DNA from: Elsinoe ampelina
Taxonomy: Eukaryota
Direction: 5' to 3'
DNA length: 64,000 bases
Assembly (NCBI GenBank): GCA_010093995.1
Contig: ML992507.1
Coordinates: forward strand, 555,576-619,575
Shown: positions 26,990 through 39,905 of the stretch, in pieces
Position numbering within the stretch: the stretch's first letter is position 1
Layout: every line of letters begins with the position of its first letter
Translations under genes and position numbers: made by a program
Notes under the pieces: model-generated
The model's input: the letters and a program-made list of their open reading frames with translations, nothing else
Databases searched by the model: none
Told to the model about the DNA's origin: nothing

Positions 26990-27094
26990 GAGGAGGAGAG
27001 GGACGAGGAGGAGAGGGACGAGGAGGAGAGGGACGAGGAGGAGAGGGACGAGGAGGAGAGGGACGAGGAGGAGAGGGACGAGGAGGAGAGGGAT
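26990..27094. repeat. 15-bp minisatellite (GAGGAGGAGAGGGAC x7) between convergent FRE and PTR2 genes
   Basis: Seven direct copies, the last ending GAT. Confidence 0.95.
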
Positions 27095-27318
27095 GACGAG
27101 GACAAAGAAGTTCCCATGACCGTGCCGGGACATGCACCATCACGTTTTATCACAGCATGCGCACATGCGCGCCGCGGCCACGAAGGTCACGCAAGACTGC
27201 GATTCACAGGACACACTCGCAACACAAGGGCGAACAAAACATGGTTGAACACATCTCATTCTCCCTCTCCAAACCACCTCCCCGCCCCTCCATCGCCCTT
27301 CCCCCGTTCAATCCTATC

Positions 27319-29260
27319 CTAAACAACAGTCCTAACCTCCTCCCCCCCCTTCTCCTTATCAAACACCTTCCCCGGCTCATCCGTCGGGGGATTAAAACTC
27401 GTCCTCCCATCGAAACTCTTATCCCTCCCCTCGGCGGTGACATGGTGATCCCCGTTCTGGCTGAGCGTATACTCCTCCTTGTCGATATGCTTGAACATGA
27501 ACCAGAACACGACGGTGAGGATGCCGCCGGCGATGGCCGGGCCGCCAAAGTCCCACGTCAACAACGGGTCGCGGATCACGGACGAGCACGCGAGGCCGAT
27601 GGCGTACGCCACGCCGGTGGAGAGGAGGTTGATGGCGTTGACGACGCCGCGCATGTTGGGTGGGGCGCGGGAGTAAGCGATGCCGTAGGCCGGGACGTTG
27701 ATGAACAGCTCGGAGATGCCGCCGAGAGCGTAGGGGATGGCGACCCACCAGATGGTGATGGGGGAGACGAGGGAGACGCCGTCGGCGTCGACGCAGGTCT
27801 CGGAGGAGCCGAATTTGCCGCACGGACCGGTCTTGTAGGCGTAGTAGTTGAGGATGGTGTAGCCTGCGCCGCCGATGGAGGAGATGAAGAGGCCGGTGGT
27901 CATGCGGGCGACGGGGCCGTAGTGGATCTTCCACTTACGGAGGAGGGGGTAGAGGCCGTAGTTGAGGATGGGGGCGCAGAGGATGATGGAGAGGGAGTTG
28001 AAGTTGTTGATGACGTCGTTGGGGACGCCGTTGGTGGTGAGCATGGTGGTGAGGTAGTTGGCACTGCCGCCGAGACCGTTGTCGTTGATGTATTGGATGG
28101 GGAAAAAGCAGAAGATACCGGTGGCTTGGAAAGCGCGGCGGACATCTTCGACGAATTGGTCGTTCCATTGAGTGGTGATGTTAAGACCGCGTGCGGCGAT
28201 GACGGAGGGTTTGGCGACATCCCAGAAACCGTGGCGGCCAATCTTCTTGAGACCTCCATGGCGGAAGCAGATGCCGAGGATGCGGATTACGTTGGGGAGG
28301 TCAGATCCTCCAGGTGGGTGAAGGATCAGGCGCTTGCGGAGCCACCAAAGCAGGAGTGGCAGGGGAAGGTATAGGATCAAAGGGATGAGGAAGGCGAGCC
28401 ACCATCCGACGTATTTCTCAGAGTAGGCAGTGGCGACACCCATGAATCCACCAATGTTGATCAAGAGGTAGAACCACAGCATGACACGCTCGGTGGAAGC
28501 CTCAGGGTCGATGATGACACGCTCACCGGACTTGGTCTCGGTGACAGTGGGGACGGTCGCAGGCATCTGGTCGAGCAAGAGAGGCGAAATGTTGGGCTTG
28601 AAGATGGCTGGATTCTCAGTCAGAAACTTGCCAACGTGTATAGTAATTTGCCAAAGACTTACCAGCACCAACAGCAAGCATGTACAGAGAAATGAAGAAA
28701 GGACCCTTGGCAGCTCCAGATGCCAAAAGGTTAGGCGCACCAGCTCCAACCATGATAGCGTGGGCGACACCGAAGACAGCAACACCGATACAGATGAGCT
28801 TAAAACGACCCAGCTTCGCATCGGCGAGGTAACCGAAGATCAGCGGGAGAGTGTAGGCCAACATGGAGAAGGACTGAGAAACAGCATTGGCCTTGACTGT
28901 CCCCATGCCGAGAGCACCAGCAGTCTGCTGGGTTCCTTGAGCAGGAGCACCGTACCCATTACCGCCAACGGGGAGAGGTCGGTTGACAAAGTTGCTGATG
29001 AGAGGCTGGATACCATAGTATGAAGCGCGCTCGCAGAACTCGACGATACAGATCAAGTAAGCGACAGTCGGGAGCGATCCAGCTACACGGCGGAGGTGTG
29101 TACGCTCGTGCTCGGTGGGCTTGCCCTCGTAGTCCTCGGTGGGGAGACCAGGAGCATGGGCCATCTCCTGAGAGCTATGGTCCGAGGATAGACGTTTCTC
29201 ATCCGCAGGGTAAGCGGCCGCAGGGGCGACATCGCCGGTCTTGTCGTGGGAGTGATCCAT
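27319..29260 (-). CDS. PTR2: POT/PTR-family oligopeptide transporter (2 exons)
   Basis: EFCERASYYG (ExxERxxYYG), GYLADAKLGRFK, FYLLINIGG; intron ~28611-28661. Confidence 0.92.
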
Positions 29261-30390
29261 CACGTCAAATTGGCGGGAGGATGAGAGGAATGGCGGTAGG
29301 GTGGGAGAGAAAGAGTCGAGGACGTAGGGTAGGGGAGGAATTAATATGATAAAGGGTCCAAGACCCGCGGCGACACGCGACAGACGGTCGTCGCCATGGG
29401 TGCGGCGAGGGACATTTGGGAACAATGCTCTTGGACCACTGATAAGCGTTGCGAAGCTCGGTCAAGCCTTGATGCCGCGCCGGCAAAGATGGGTGATCGA
29501 CGTGTTGTCGCAGAGAAGTGTGAAGCGATGTCACTTTGGGAAGAAGCTAACAAAGCTTAAGGCGTGCCTCCTAATCTTAGCATGCTCTAGCGCCCTTCCA
29601 TGACCATTCGTCCTTCCGCCTTGGTAGTACGGTTGCCGGCCTTGCCGGGCCTACCGACCATGGTCCAACCAGTCGGAGTGTGTCCTTGTGGTCGAAGGAT
29701 GGTCTTCAGGTCTTGATGATTTCTAGATGATAATGCTTGTGCCGCAATTGGCCAGAGGACCATGTTGCTCGGTGGCGTGCTATCAAGCTATCATGTCCAG
29801 ATTCGAATTGGTTCAAATGAATAGACATCAGGCCCGACGGGGATGACCCTCGATCGATGTTGTACATTTCAAACAGGCCAGCCTATCTGCCCAGTTGTCG
29901 ACAAATCAGTCGAATGATGCTACCGAGGCAAAAGCACCTGAGCTCTGGACCGTTGTGGGGATTTTCAGAGAAGAAAACGCTCCGGATGAGTGAGCCAGAT
30001 GGAAAATTTTCCCTGTCCTTTCACAAATGTTTGGATCTGAAACCAAACATTTGCCCACGGGAATATCGCTCCGGGGAGGTGGGCTTTGAAGGATGTAATT
30101 TTCTACCAGATCACGCAAGCAAACTATGTTCGCTTTGCCTTGTCCGTCTGAATTTGTTCTGGATGCGTTTGACTTTTGTCCTCGTGTTCAAGATCGACCA
30201 ATTGATCGCTGGAAGAACCACAGACCTCCACAAAAGCTATCGTGATCGCTTGATTATCCACGCTGATCAGACATGCGGCACGTGAATGTGATCCACAACT
30301 GGGGACCCTGTCATGCACAACTCCAGAGCTTCGGGTTATGTATGCATGAACTGTTGACCCATCCGAACGGGCGGCCAGCCGTCCATTGAC

Positions 30391-31502
30391 TCAAGATGCA
30401 GAAGCAATGAAAGCATTCTCGACATCAGTCCTGCTCACAGTCTTGCCTAAGAGCTCGCCAATGCCCTCAATTGTATCGAATTTTGCCTGCTTCGACTTCG
30501 CCAGACTAGGGAACAAGGTTTGGTGTCCATGAGGCACGCCAGCGTAGACAACGACCTTGGTCTTCACCCCGTTATCCCTCAACATCCGCTCGTACACCAA
30601 TGCGTCGTCTCGAACCACGTCCATGCCGCAGGCCTGGATGAACACGGGTGGCATCCCCACATGCGGCCTCTCTGCATTGACTGGCGAAAACATGGCAGAA
30701 AATCCATTCCCTTTTACTGCAGATCTGATGTACTCCAGAGCAGATTTGTTCAGCAGACCAGGGACATTGGCATTTTGCTCGTCAGAGAGGTAGAGCGGTC
30801 GATACTTCTCCGGAACATTTTCGGCCGTCTTGAATATCATAGGCATGTTGAGCCAGGCTCCTGTAAGCGGTACAGCAAGCTTGTCTGACAGCGATCGCTG
30901 TGCCAGTACTGCACTGATGTTGGCACCTGCCGATGCGCCGCCAATCACGAAGCCTCTGTTGGCATCTGCACCAAGTGACGAAGCATGTTGGGCGATCCAG
31001 ACAAGGCTGTCCCAGGCGTCTTCATGTGACTGTGGCCATGGGTGCTCAGGCGCCAGACGGTACGAGATGCAAACCACTGTTGCTCCATAGAGGTCGTTCA
31101 GTATGCGTGCTGTGCCGCCCATCTGCAAAACGTTGCCAAACACGAAGCCACCGCCAAAAGCAAGGACTATTAGGGGACTGCCATCGTTGGGCTTGACGCG
31201 GGGTCTGTGGATTCTGATCTCGCTCTCGAAGCCGTCTCGCATGGTGATTGTGCGACATTCTTCCAGACGACCAGACTCGATGGCTTTGGCTGTGCGTTGC
31301 TGCTCAGCAGCGAAGGTCCGTTGGCGGACAGCCTGTACCAGTGGATAGGAAAACTCGAGCTGCGGCTGTTTATTGGCAAGGATGAACTTGCGATTGTTAG
31401 CTGTAACCCGTATGATTGGCTTCTATATCCTCTCACCTGTGAGTACTCGGGATCTGGCTCGGACAATGCCAGGACGGCCTTTGCATTATCGTAGACTGAC
31501 AT
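30391..31502 (-). CDS. HSL-like (abhydrolase_3) esterase/lipase (2 exons)
   Basis: FGGGF oxyanion motif, YRLAPEHPWP, GASAG nucleophile, D(VVRDD) and GVPHG; short intron after EYSQ. Confidence 0.9.
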
Positions 31503-32665
31503 CGTGTTGAGACTCTACAGAGACAAGCTCCGAATGTGGATGCGAGTGTCGCCTCATATCATGAAGCGGTGGTGGGTGGGAACGAAATGTAGCAAGTGGA
31601 GGAACAGTCATCCGCCAGCATTTGCTCACGTTACTACCAGAAATCGACACCGCCTGTCGTGCCTCTGCCCTCAAAGCTTCGAAGCTCGATTTCTTCATGT
31701 CTGATCGACGATGAGAAATTGCAAAGGTCGATTCTGTCGATTGGGTCAAGTGTCACTTTTGGTCACCGAGCTCCATCTTCTCAAGCATCAGGCTTGTCAC
31801 AGTCTTTGATACTGTGATTATATTGATTAGAAAATCGGTTAATACCAGATACGGCCACAGACAGTTGAAAGCAAGGCATCCCGTCAGATCTGCCATATTT
31901 AAGCAACTGATCGCCTGATTAGTAATGCGGTGGGTGACCACGTGTGAATCCCAGGTGCTGTATCTTTTGCTTTTTGGTCCGAGGTCGTACTCGAAGACTG
32001 CGGTAAGATGGCATTACTCTTTTTTTTTTCTTGTCAACGCTTGTCTATCATGCTGATGAAGCCAGTTTGTTGGGCCGCAAGCATCATAACGAAGCAAATC
32101 CATGCGGGCCAGGGTGTCCAGCATTGGGAGGGCACAGGGAAAGACTTCTTCTTTCCGGACGTGTACTTCAAGAGACATCTGCGTCATAGCACTCGTGGCA
32201 TTCAGTGCGTATTCGCTAAGCTGATCTAGACTGTAATCATATCCCCTGGCTTGAGCCCCCATTTACAGGTCCCGATCGACTGCAGGCGCGATGCCTGGGA
32301 AGCGGACCATGCTCAAGGCCAATCATCCACGACTCTCTTGTATTTGTGTGAAGATCCAATTGAGCCTTGAAGTAGAGTATATTACAGGTAATCTTGATCA
32401 TTACCCTGTAAGCTCGCACACAATCATGGTTCTCTGGCCTCCAGACTGGGAAGTCAGGGTGATGGGACCAACAGACTGTTTCTCTGCGTCGAAGCTCATC
32501 CACGACGAATGCTGCAGTCTCGGAGAGTTCGTTAGCGCTACGACTGTGCTGTTCGGAGTCGCAGCGCTGTCCGAAAGGACTAGCACGAAGGTGAAGTAGA
32601 AGTAACTTCCATCACAGCCAGGTCCAGCAATAGTAGAGAATCGTTTGTGGTACCATTACACACAC

Positions 32666-34907
32666 TCAGATGGCCAGATCCTTCACCTGTTGTAGCAGCG
32701 AAGTAGCCGTAGCCGTCAACTGCTCGCCTTGCTCATACTCAAGCGCAATGGAGAAAGTCGTTTTGATGTCATCAGCTGCGACTTCGAGCGCAGCCTTCTT
32801 GGCCTTTAGTCCGACCATGATCGCCTGTAACCTTGCTGGCAATTGGATTTCTCTGTGAATAGCAGTCAAGAGAATCGCCTCCAGCATGCGGAGCGCAAAA
32901 GGAGACCATTCAGCATATCGATACAGATACTCGCAAGCGAGCGTCATGAAATGCGCCGCCTGCTTGTCGCCCTGCTGTAGACGGAGCATTTCTTCGTGCG
33001 CAAGTCGAGGTAGACCGCTGAGTGACGGCAGCGGTACATCGTCCCATTTATCGACCATTCGCTGTAGCAGGGTGCGCACTTGAGTCATCGATGCCTGGAA
33101 GAGCTGCGCAGCGAATCTGTTCGACGCCTTGTAAGGCCGAAAGCACTCCATGATGATTGAGTGAACGATTATGTAAAGATGAGTGTTGTGCGGCGTGTAA
33201 TTATTTGCTGGTAGTTGGCTATCCGGCTGTGTCGAAGACCACTGTAGCAGATGCTGAAGCATGATCAAAGACATCTGGAAACCTCGCTTGTCCGTACTTC
33301 GGAAGTGACTTCTAAGGTTGCAGAATTCGACTATTAATTGCGAGAGGGCAGAATACGAAACATCTCCGTTCGCTTGAAACGACTGATCTGTTGCTGCCCG
33401 TGGCCATGAGACCCAACGCCTGGGGTTATCTGTACCGCCGACAATATGGTAGGACGGATGTCGTGCAATCATAGGTGGACCTGAATGGTGCAGAGACGTG
33501 CTTCTGGGGGGAAATTTAGAAGGGCGAGTCTCGTGGTCAGGGGTACTCACGCGCTCAGATTGAACAAGCCCCACGCCGCAATCGAGAGTTCGCGGTAGGC
33601 GGAGTAAGTGATGTGTCCAGCAGGTGGCACTTCGCGTGGTGTAACGCTAAACAATCCAAGACGAGTGGCTATCTGGTAGCCTTGAGTCATATAACCAAGA
33701 GCGAGATCTTCCTCGCCTAAGAGATAAGTGGGGATGCACAAAGCGCCCGCCGCAGAGACCAACCGCACATGAGTCTGCCCAAGTGATGCTGACCAGGATG
33801 CTTTTGCTTGCTGATGGAAATATGGTAACAGTGATCCGCAGGTAGGATCCATGTTGCGATACTGTGCCTGTACACCGTCAGATCATCGACTGAGGCTCCG
33901 TGGCATGGCGGACTTACGCAAGCGATGGAACAGCAAGCATTGAACAGGCAAGATGCTGGCGGATCCGGGACGCCGTTGATGAGGTGATCGATGAAGCGTT
34001 CTTCATCGAAGAGCCGGTAGGTAGGATGCCACCACGAGAAGTATATGCTTAAGATATCGACCATCTGGGTCCTATCTACCACGACAGATGTCCATCGCTC
34101 AAATGGTATCAAGTTCAGGGCTAGATTCACTGGAGCGAAGCGCCGTACATTGGAGGTCGTAAGACGTTCCGCTGCTGTAGCGTCAAACTGTTCAGTCTTG
34201 TGCCAGCCGGGCAGTATGGCGGTCGGTGCAGGCAGTATAACTTGCTCCTTCAACGAGATTGTCGTTTGCTGTTTGCCTGATCCAGCCATGGCGCCCAGCG
34301 AGTATGCAGCAGCAAAGAGACGGCGAAGTTGATGCTTCGACCCAGGATCCGACAAGATACCCGCCAGATTGAAGCGCACAATATTTGCTTCGAGGGTGTT
34401 AAGATGTCTTTGAGCTCGAAAACTTCCAGATCGCAATGAAGCGAGCAAGTCCTGAGGTTGTGCACCTGACCGTAATGAGCGTAAGACACCAGCGCCCTCA
34501 TCCTCCTCTAGACGTCGCAGACGATCGAATAACTCGTGCATCTCGGCCAATTCGTCCTGCTGAGATTTCTGCTTCTGTTTCAGAGCTTGGTGTCTTGAAT
34601 AGCCGGGCTCCACATCTAAAGATCGCAGTAAGCGGCAAGCCAGACATCGACGGGTCGCAGTCAATCACCATAAACGCAGACCTTGCCTAAATCCTGGCAA
34701 GCTGTACAAGTCGGACGATCATGGCTGCACTTTACACGGATAGTCAATATCACGGTTGAGTGTGAGATTCATGCAAGAGCTTACCTTATGCTTCCTTTTC
34801 CGACAAGCGTTACAAGCAACAGCTGCAGGGTTCGCCCCTCTGCGCTTTGCTATCGGTATTCTGTTGGGTGGTGCATCCACCCATCGGCCGCGCAACTCGT
34901 CTACCAT
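32666..34907 (-). CDS. Zn2Cys6 transcription factor with fungal TF middle region (multi-exon)
   Basis: ACNACRKRKHK / CSHDRPTCTACQDLGKVCVY / DVEPGYSRHQALK; WTSVV...YFSWWHP; AWGLFNL. Confidence 0.85.
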
Positions 34908-35516
34908 ATTGAACTGCGGCCGAAATCATGAAGGTTGAGACTCTTGACTTGCGGTATGGGAATTGAAAATTTCCATGTTACACGACCGCATTTCGAGACC
35001 CGACAATAATCGTCATGATGGGAGAATGGCGGATCGACATCTTTTTAACCTCCAATCGAAAGCTCAACTTGCGTAGGCATCGGGGTCAGCTCCGATGAGA
35101 TCCTATTGGTTGTTCCATATCATGGACTGTTCCATGAATGCCATCAAGGGTCCTCCCGCGATCGCTCGATGACCTGCAGTGATGTTATATCGAGACGGCT
35201 CGCTCGGTGCAGGGGCGCGGCGCAGCTTGACGAGTGTGGTTGCCACGCGATGAGTCAGCAAAGCCGGAGAGGCTGTTGGGCATACCTCTTCAGTCTACAC
35301 ACAGTGGTAGATATATCAAGTCGGTGTAGTACCATGCTGCATGTAGCGGTGACAAGCGAACTCTGCGACAGTCCGTCCTTGAGCCTCGATTGACTGTGTA
35401 TGTTGTGTGATGAGATTCTGGTAGTAGTAACTTTCCTGACATTGAGTCATTCCTAGATAGCAAGCGAGCACCGACAGCTCGCATTCGCTTCATTCATCTT
35501 CACAAATTCGTAGGTC

Positions 35517-36331
35517 ATGCAGGCTCTGCTGCTGCTTCCAACAGAGGTGCTTGAGCCGATCCTCGAGCACGTTCTCAGCACAGAGCAGGCTATGGAAGTG
35601 TGGGCAGCAGAAGTTCATCTCTGGCACAAGAGGAGAAGAACACAGCACAGACTGGTCGAGGTGAAAGACGACAGCCAGCTCAATCAAGGCAAAATCGGTC
35701 TCGACCTACTCCTCCTGCGCACCAACACACGAATAGCTTTACTTGCACAACGGATCTTCTACAGCAGCAATACATTTATATTCCACAACGTGCACGACCT
35801 GGAACCTGTACTATCGTGGCTGACTACCATCGGCACAAACGCTGGATATGTGAACAATATCTGCATCATCCCATTGCCCCAGATCCAGAAGTGGACAACC
35901 TCGCGGACATATGGAATATTGTACGACCCACATCTCCCCAGACGAGTTCAATACTTTTAGTCTACGATTTCGAGATTGTCTGCCACTCCGACGGACATCG
36001 TGATGTATTTGTCCCCGACAAGGAGGAAGGACTGCGTGGCCTGACCGACACCGGCTGGACGAAGATCTGGGGAGAGGAAGTTGAGCGAGAGCTGATCCCA
36101 GATGGGTCGGATGATGAGGTTGTCTATGTTCGGTCGCTATTAGGACGAGAGATTGATAAATCAAGGCTCGATGATGCGGTGCTTGACAGGCTTCGCAGGA
36201 TCGATGATTGGGACCGGAGTTCAAGATGTATGACTATCACGAGGTGTGGTACCGGTGGCTCGTGTATGGAGAGCACAACCATGTTTGGCTCTTCGAACTC
36301 AGAGGACAGGGCTGTATGCTCTGGTAGATAG
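35517..36331 (+). pseudogene. Hypothetical protein with F-box-like N-terminus; apparent frameshift near 35870
   Basis: LLLLPTEVLEPILEHVL...LLRTNTRIALLAQRIFYSSNTFIF; protein-like sequence continues in another frame (PDPEVDNLADIWNIV...). Confidence 0.5.
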
Positions 36332-36430
36332 ATCCAGATCTGGCAGGTAGTGCCATCGGTGTAATGGGAAGCGCAATGGAATTCCAGGCCGGTGCTACCA
36401 ATCCGCAGAGAGGCCGCTAATCTGCCTGTC

Positions 36431-37672
36431 TCAGCCCTGGTTCTGACCGGCTGCATGTAGACCAGCAATTCGCTCAAAGATTGTCCTCACAGCGCCTTTT
36501 CTCAGATCCGCCAGTACGGAATCATGATCAGTATCGGGTACGGTCGAGCTCTCAAATTCGACCAATGAGTCCGTGTTTTGATCACGCCAGCATTGCTCGA
36601 AATATGTCTGTCCCCCCTTTGCCACCATGAGATCCGAAGCAGCGAAGAACGATTCAATCCGAAGCTTAGCCAAAGTGGCTTGACTTCTCTGTGAAGCCTC
36701 ATTTGCAGTGATCTTGCCGATACAGCCTTTGTAGTCCGCTGCGTCACCCCAAGCTGCGTCGTCGCATTTCCGCAGGCAGAGTTTAGCTTCTTCGTTGGCA
36801 CCAGTGTTATTCTCTGCGAGCTGATACTCCGTTGAGAGCTTCTCAATGAGCCTCGACGTCTCTTCATCGGAGCCGTACTGTTTTGATGGCGTCACCATTG
36901 TCGACGCTTGTCCCTCTGGATTGTCAATTCCTCTGGGCGTCAGGTATGCTGCGCAAGACGAAACAATACTACCGGACCAGACTGCGCTGGGGACAATATT
37001 CTTCCGAACGAAGGTGGTCAAGCCTGCGTATCCATCGATCATACCCGTTGGTAAGTGTGAAAGTGCGGATGTGACATGAGCCCCCGAGAGAGTGAAGGGG
37101 ACATAAGGTGCTGTAATGGTCAGATCTGATCCTACCAGGACGCAAGATACCTTCGGGGGCTGCACAGACCTATGAAGCCTACAAATGGTGTCACTGGGTC
37201 AAGAAAGCGTCGGTGGTGTATCAGAGTGTTGAGCGTATAGACAGCGCCGGCTGAATGAGTGAGCAGGGCGACGTGCTCGACCTGAAGCCGATCGAGTAAG
37301 GCTGGGACAGTCTCGAGCCATACGTTCATGCGAAGCTCTAGAGGGACAGGGGTTGAACCACCAAAGCCGGGTCTGATCTTACCTTAGCTGTTATCCCGGT
37401 TGGATGGTAGTTTAACCCTACCTATCAACACAGATCAACCTCACACCACAGTCTCCGGCTAGCTTATCGAATAGTAGTGATACCCATCGAGTACCAAACA
37501 TAGGACCAATGAACAAGACGGCGGGCAAGGTGGTCGTATCAAAGTTGCTCGTCGTAGAGAATGTGACTTTGAGTCTTTGATGGTCTGACGTGGTTGGTAG
37601 CCAGAGTACCTGATGTAAACCTCTCCGGCACACCACCTCTTCCGCCATGTCCATTGAAGTCGAGTGTGCCAT
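36431..37672 (-). CDS. Alpha/beta hydrolase fold protein (3 exons)
   Basis: VLFIGPMFG; spliced VDRPGFGGST; THSAG nucleophile elbow; TDHDSV. Confidence 0.85.
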
Positions 37673-38574
37673 GCCACTATGATCAATGACGAGGGCTGAG
37701 TGAGTGAGCAAATTGCAACAGATGGATCTGAAGAACACCGAACGCTCGATGTGCGCAACGAGAGGCTGACATGTGGATAGCAGGCGGCTGAATGAGGCAT
37801 GTACCAACCGGTGAATCCTTCGGCCCGCCCTGGTTTTGACCGACGAGACGACCACGCTCACACCATTGGTACGCGTCGGCTGGTAGGTCAGGGCGGACCG
37901 AACAGAGACCACTGTACCCATCAGATCGATGCAGACACCTGTCACAATTCGACCCCATCCATACGATTGTTGACGGCCAACGCCCTACATCAGACCTGAC
38001 TGCGCAAATTGAAGGCAAGGCGCAAGCGGCCGCAGCATTGGTCGTTGGAACGAAGTGGGGTCTGGCGCAAACCATTGGCCGACGATCAAGTTTTGGTCGG
38101 CGGAACTACCAGAAGGAGACACCGAGAGGGACACCGATATACGATGCAAGCGACAGGGCGCGTCAAGGCAACAAGGCCACCGCGGGCTTGATTTTGTAGT
38201 TTTGTGGTAGGCAGTGCCGTAAACCCCGGCCAAAATCGCGACGATGCCCTCGGAGTTTGGAGGAAATCAACCGTTTGTTCGCGAGTTCCGCCTACTAGGG
38301 CTAAGCACTAGGCCACTTTGAGATGGGGGCAGGTCTTGGAGATAACGAGGCCACGTAGATTTGCTCGCACCTGGGGGATAATTTCTGGTAGTAACGAGTT
38401 ATCCAAGAGGGTATCAGAGGTACGAAACATCAATCGAGACAAACAGATACACCGTCTGGTAGGACCTCTCAAGGAGATCTACGGTCTGGTAGGAATATAT
38501 CCCCAGGAAATGGGAGAGAGGGGAGAAATATCAGACTATCCGAAGAGGAACTAGTGGAAAATCTTAAATTTTCA

Positions 38575-38581
38575 TGAGTCA
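38575..38581 (-). promoter_or_regulatory. GCRE/CPRE (TGACTCA) upstream of cpc-1, probable autoregulatory site
   Basis: ATGAGTCA on plus = TGACTCAT on minus, the Gcn4/Cpc1 consensus. Confidence 0.75.
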
Positions 38582-38679
38582 CAGCCTCTCCTTCTTAATT
38601 TCGTCCGCGTCCCCAGTGACTCTTCTTCCTTCAACCTCATACCGATACTACCAGAACACGACCACAGCAGACATTTCCC

Positions 38680-38691
38680 ATGGCTGCATAA
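38680..38691 (+). promoter_or_regulatory. cpc-1 uORF1 (Met-Ala-Ala-stop)
   Basis: ATG GCT GCA TAA; 3-codon uORF1 is typical of GCN4/cpc-1 leaders. Confidence 0.85.
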
Positions 38692-38875
38692 ACGCGTTCG
38701 TCGCTACCTCTTCAGGTTACCTCAAAATTTTCAAAATACTACCACACCAAATCTCCACTCCCCCAACTTCAGGCCCTGCTCACGCAGATCACCTGAATTC
38801 AGCATTCTTGCTCAGTGTCAACGACACCTTCGAATTGAATTCACCGCCGTCCACCACGGCTTCACACAACCAAAC

Positions 38876-39016
38876 ATGTCTTCCACCGTCGACGTCGCCA
38901 GGCTACGCGCCCCAGCCACAGTTTCAGGACTTCAGTCTATTCCCGCCTACCACACCAGCTCCAGCCCAGCAGCGACGAGCTCCCTCTCTCGCTTCGAATC
39001 AGCGTCCTACGTTTAA
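38876..39016 (+). promoter_or_regulatory. cpc-1 uORF2 (46 aa)
   Basis: CAAACATGTCT... to TAA at 39014-39016; out of frame with the main ORF. Confidence 0.8.
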
Positions 39017-39167
39017 TATTACCACGTTGCCGCGCACGAACTCAGCGCCCAACAACTTAGGAACTATTCGTCGACAATCTCGTCATCAAATCCCACCGGT
39101 ACCCCTCTTCAGTCAGCAGCAGAACTACCAGAACACGCCAGACACGCAACTAGCATTTGATCCCACC

Positions 39168-39905
39168 ATGGGTGGAGGGGGTACGTCTTGGCTGCCTAAC
39201 AGGTCGCTGCCTGATCTAACAAGCAACACAGAAATCAACGTTGCCTACCAGGGCACCGACCTGGATCTAGGCAACGACATGACCAACTTTTCCTGGGACG
39301 ACCTTTGCAGTTCTACCGAGAGCCTTCCCGTCAACATGAACTTCACCGCTATCAACGACAACTCTGTTGGCACCATCTCCCCCAAGGACCTCCTCATGGA
39401 CAGCGGCTCTGTTCCCCCTTCTGCAGCCTTTACGAACTTGACGACACCAGGCTCTGCATACCTCGATACCCCAGATGACTTCATTGAGACATCTCCCATG
39501 TTCGACTCGCTCGATGCTCCAGAGACCTGGCCCTCCCTGTTCCCCCAGGATGATGCCGAGCCTGCGCAGCCTCCTCCGATGACACGATCAGAATCTTCAT
39601 CAAGCCAGATCGTGGTCCACCCTGGTGGTTTGTCTCGCAAGCGTGGTACTACCAGCGCGTCCCCACTCACCGGAACTTCTCGTCCTAGCTCTTCGGTTGG
39701 TATTTCCAAGCGCGAGAAACCACTACCAGCTATTGTCGTCGACCCCAACGATGCCGTGGCTGTCAAGCGTGCCCGCAATACTGCTGCAGCTCGTAAGAGT
39801 AGGGCCAAAAAGGTACAGGAGACCGAGACGTTCCAGGCTCGCATCGCCGAGCTTGAGCAGGAGGTCGAGCACTGGAAGGCTATCGCTCTGGCCAAAACCG
39901 GTTGA
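39168..39905 (+). CDS. cpc-1: Cross-pathway control bZIP factor Cpc1/CpcA/Gcn4
   Basis: CCACCATGG start; 51-nt intron 39181-39231; TISPKDL, WPSLFP; bZIP KRARNTAAARKSRAKK...LEQEVEHWK. Confidence 0.93.
   Translation: MGGGGTSWLPNRSLPDLTSNTEINVAYQGTDLDLGNDMTNFSWDDLCSSTESLPVNMNFTAINDNSVGTISPKDLLMDSGSVPPSAAFTNLTTPGSAYLDTPDDFIETSPMFDSLDAPETWPSLFPQDDAEPAQPPPMTRSESSSSQIVVHPGGLSRKRGTTSASPLTGTSRPSSSVGISKREKPLPAIVVDPNDAVAVKRARNTAAARKSRAKKVQETETFQARIAELEQEVEHWKAIALAKTG

Noticed and set aside
26990..27094. Repeat considered as a CRISPR-like array
   Set aside because: No spacers, eukaryotic context; a plain tandem repeat.
26524..27322. EEERD/SSSSL/GGEGR repeat ORFs
   Set aside because: Translations of the 15-bp minisatellite; no other coding support.
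27157..28374. 405-aa plus-strand ORF
   Set aside because: Antisense shadow of the GC3-rich PTR2 gene.
32008..32600. Overlapping short ORFs resembling a gene relic
   Set aside because: No recognisable motif or consistent frame; cannot be supported without a search.
38574..38576. ATG as start of a 443-aa Cpc1
   Set aside because: It lies within the TGAGTCA site upstream of uORF1 and is probably not in the mRNA.
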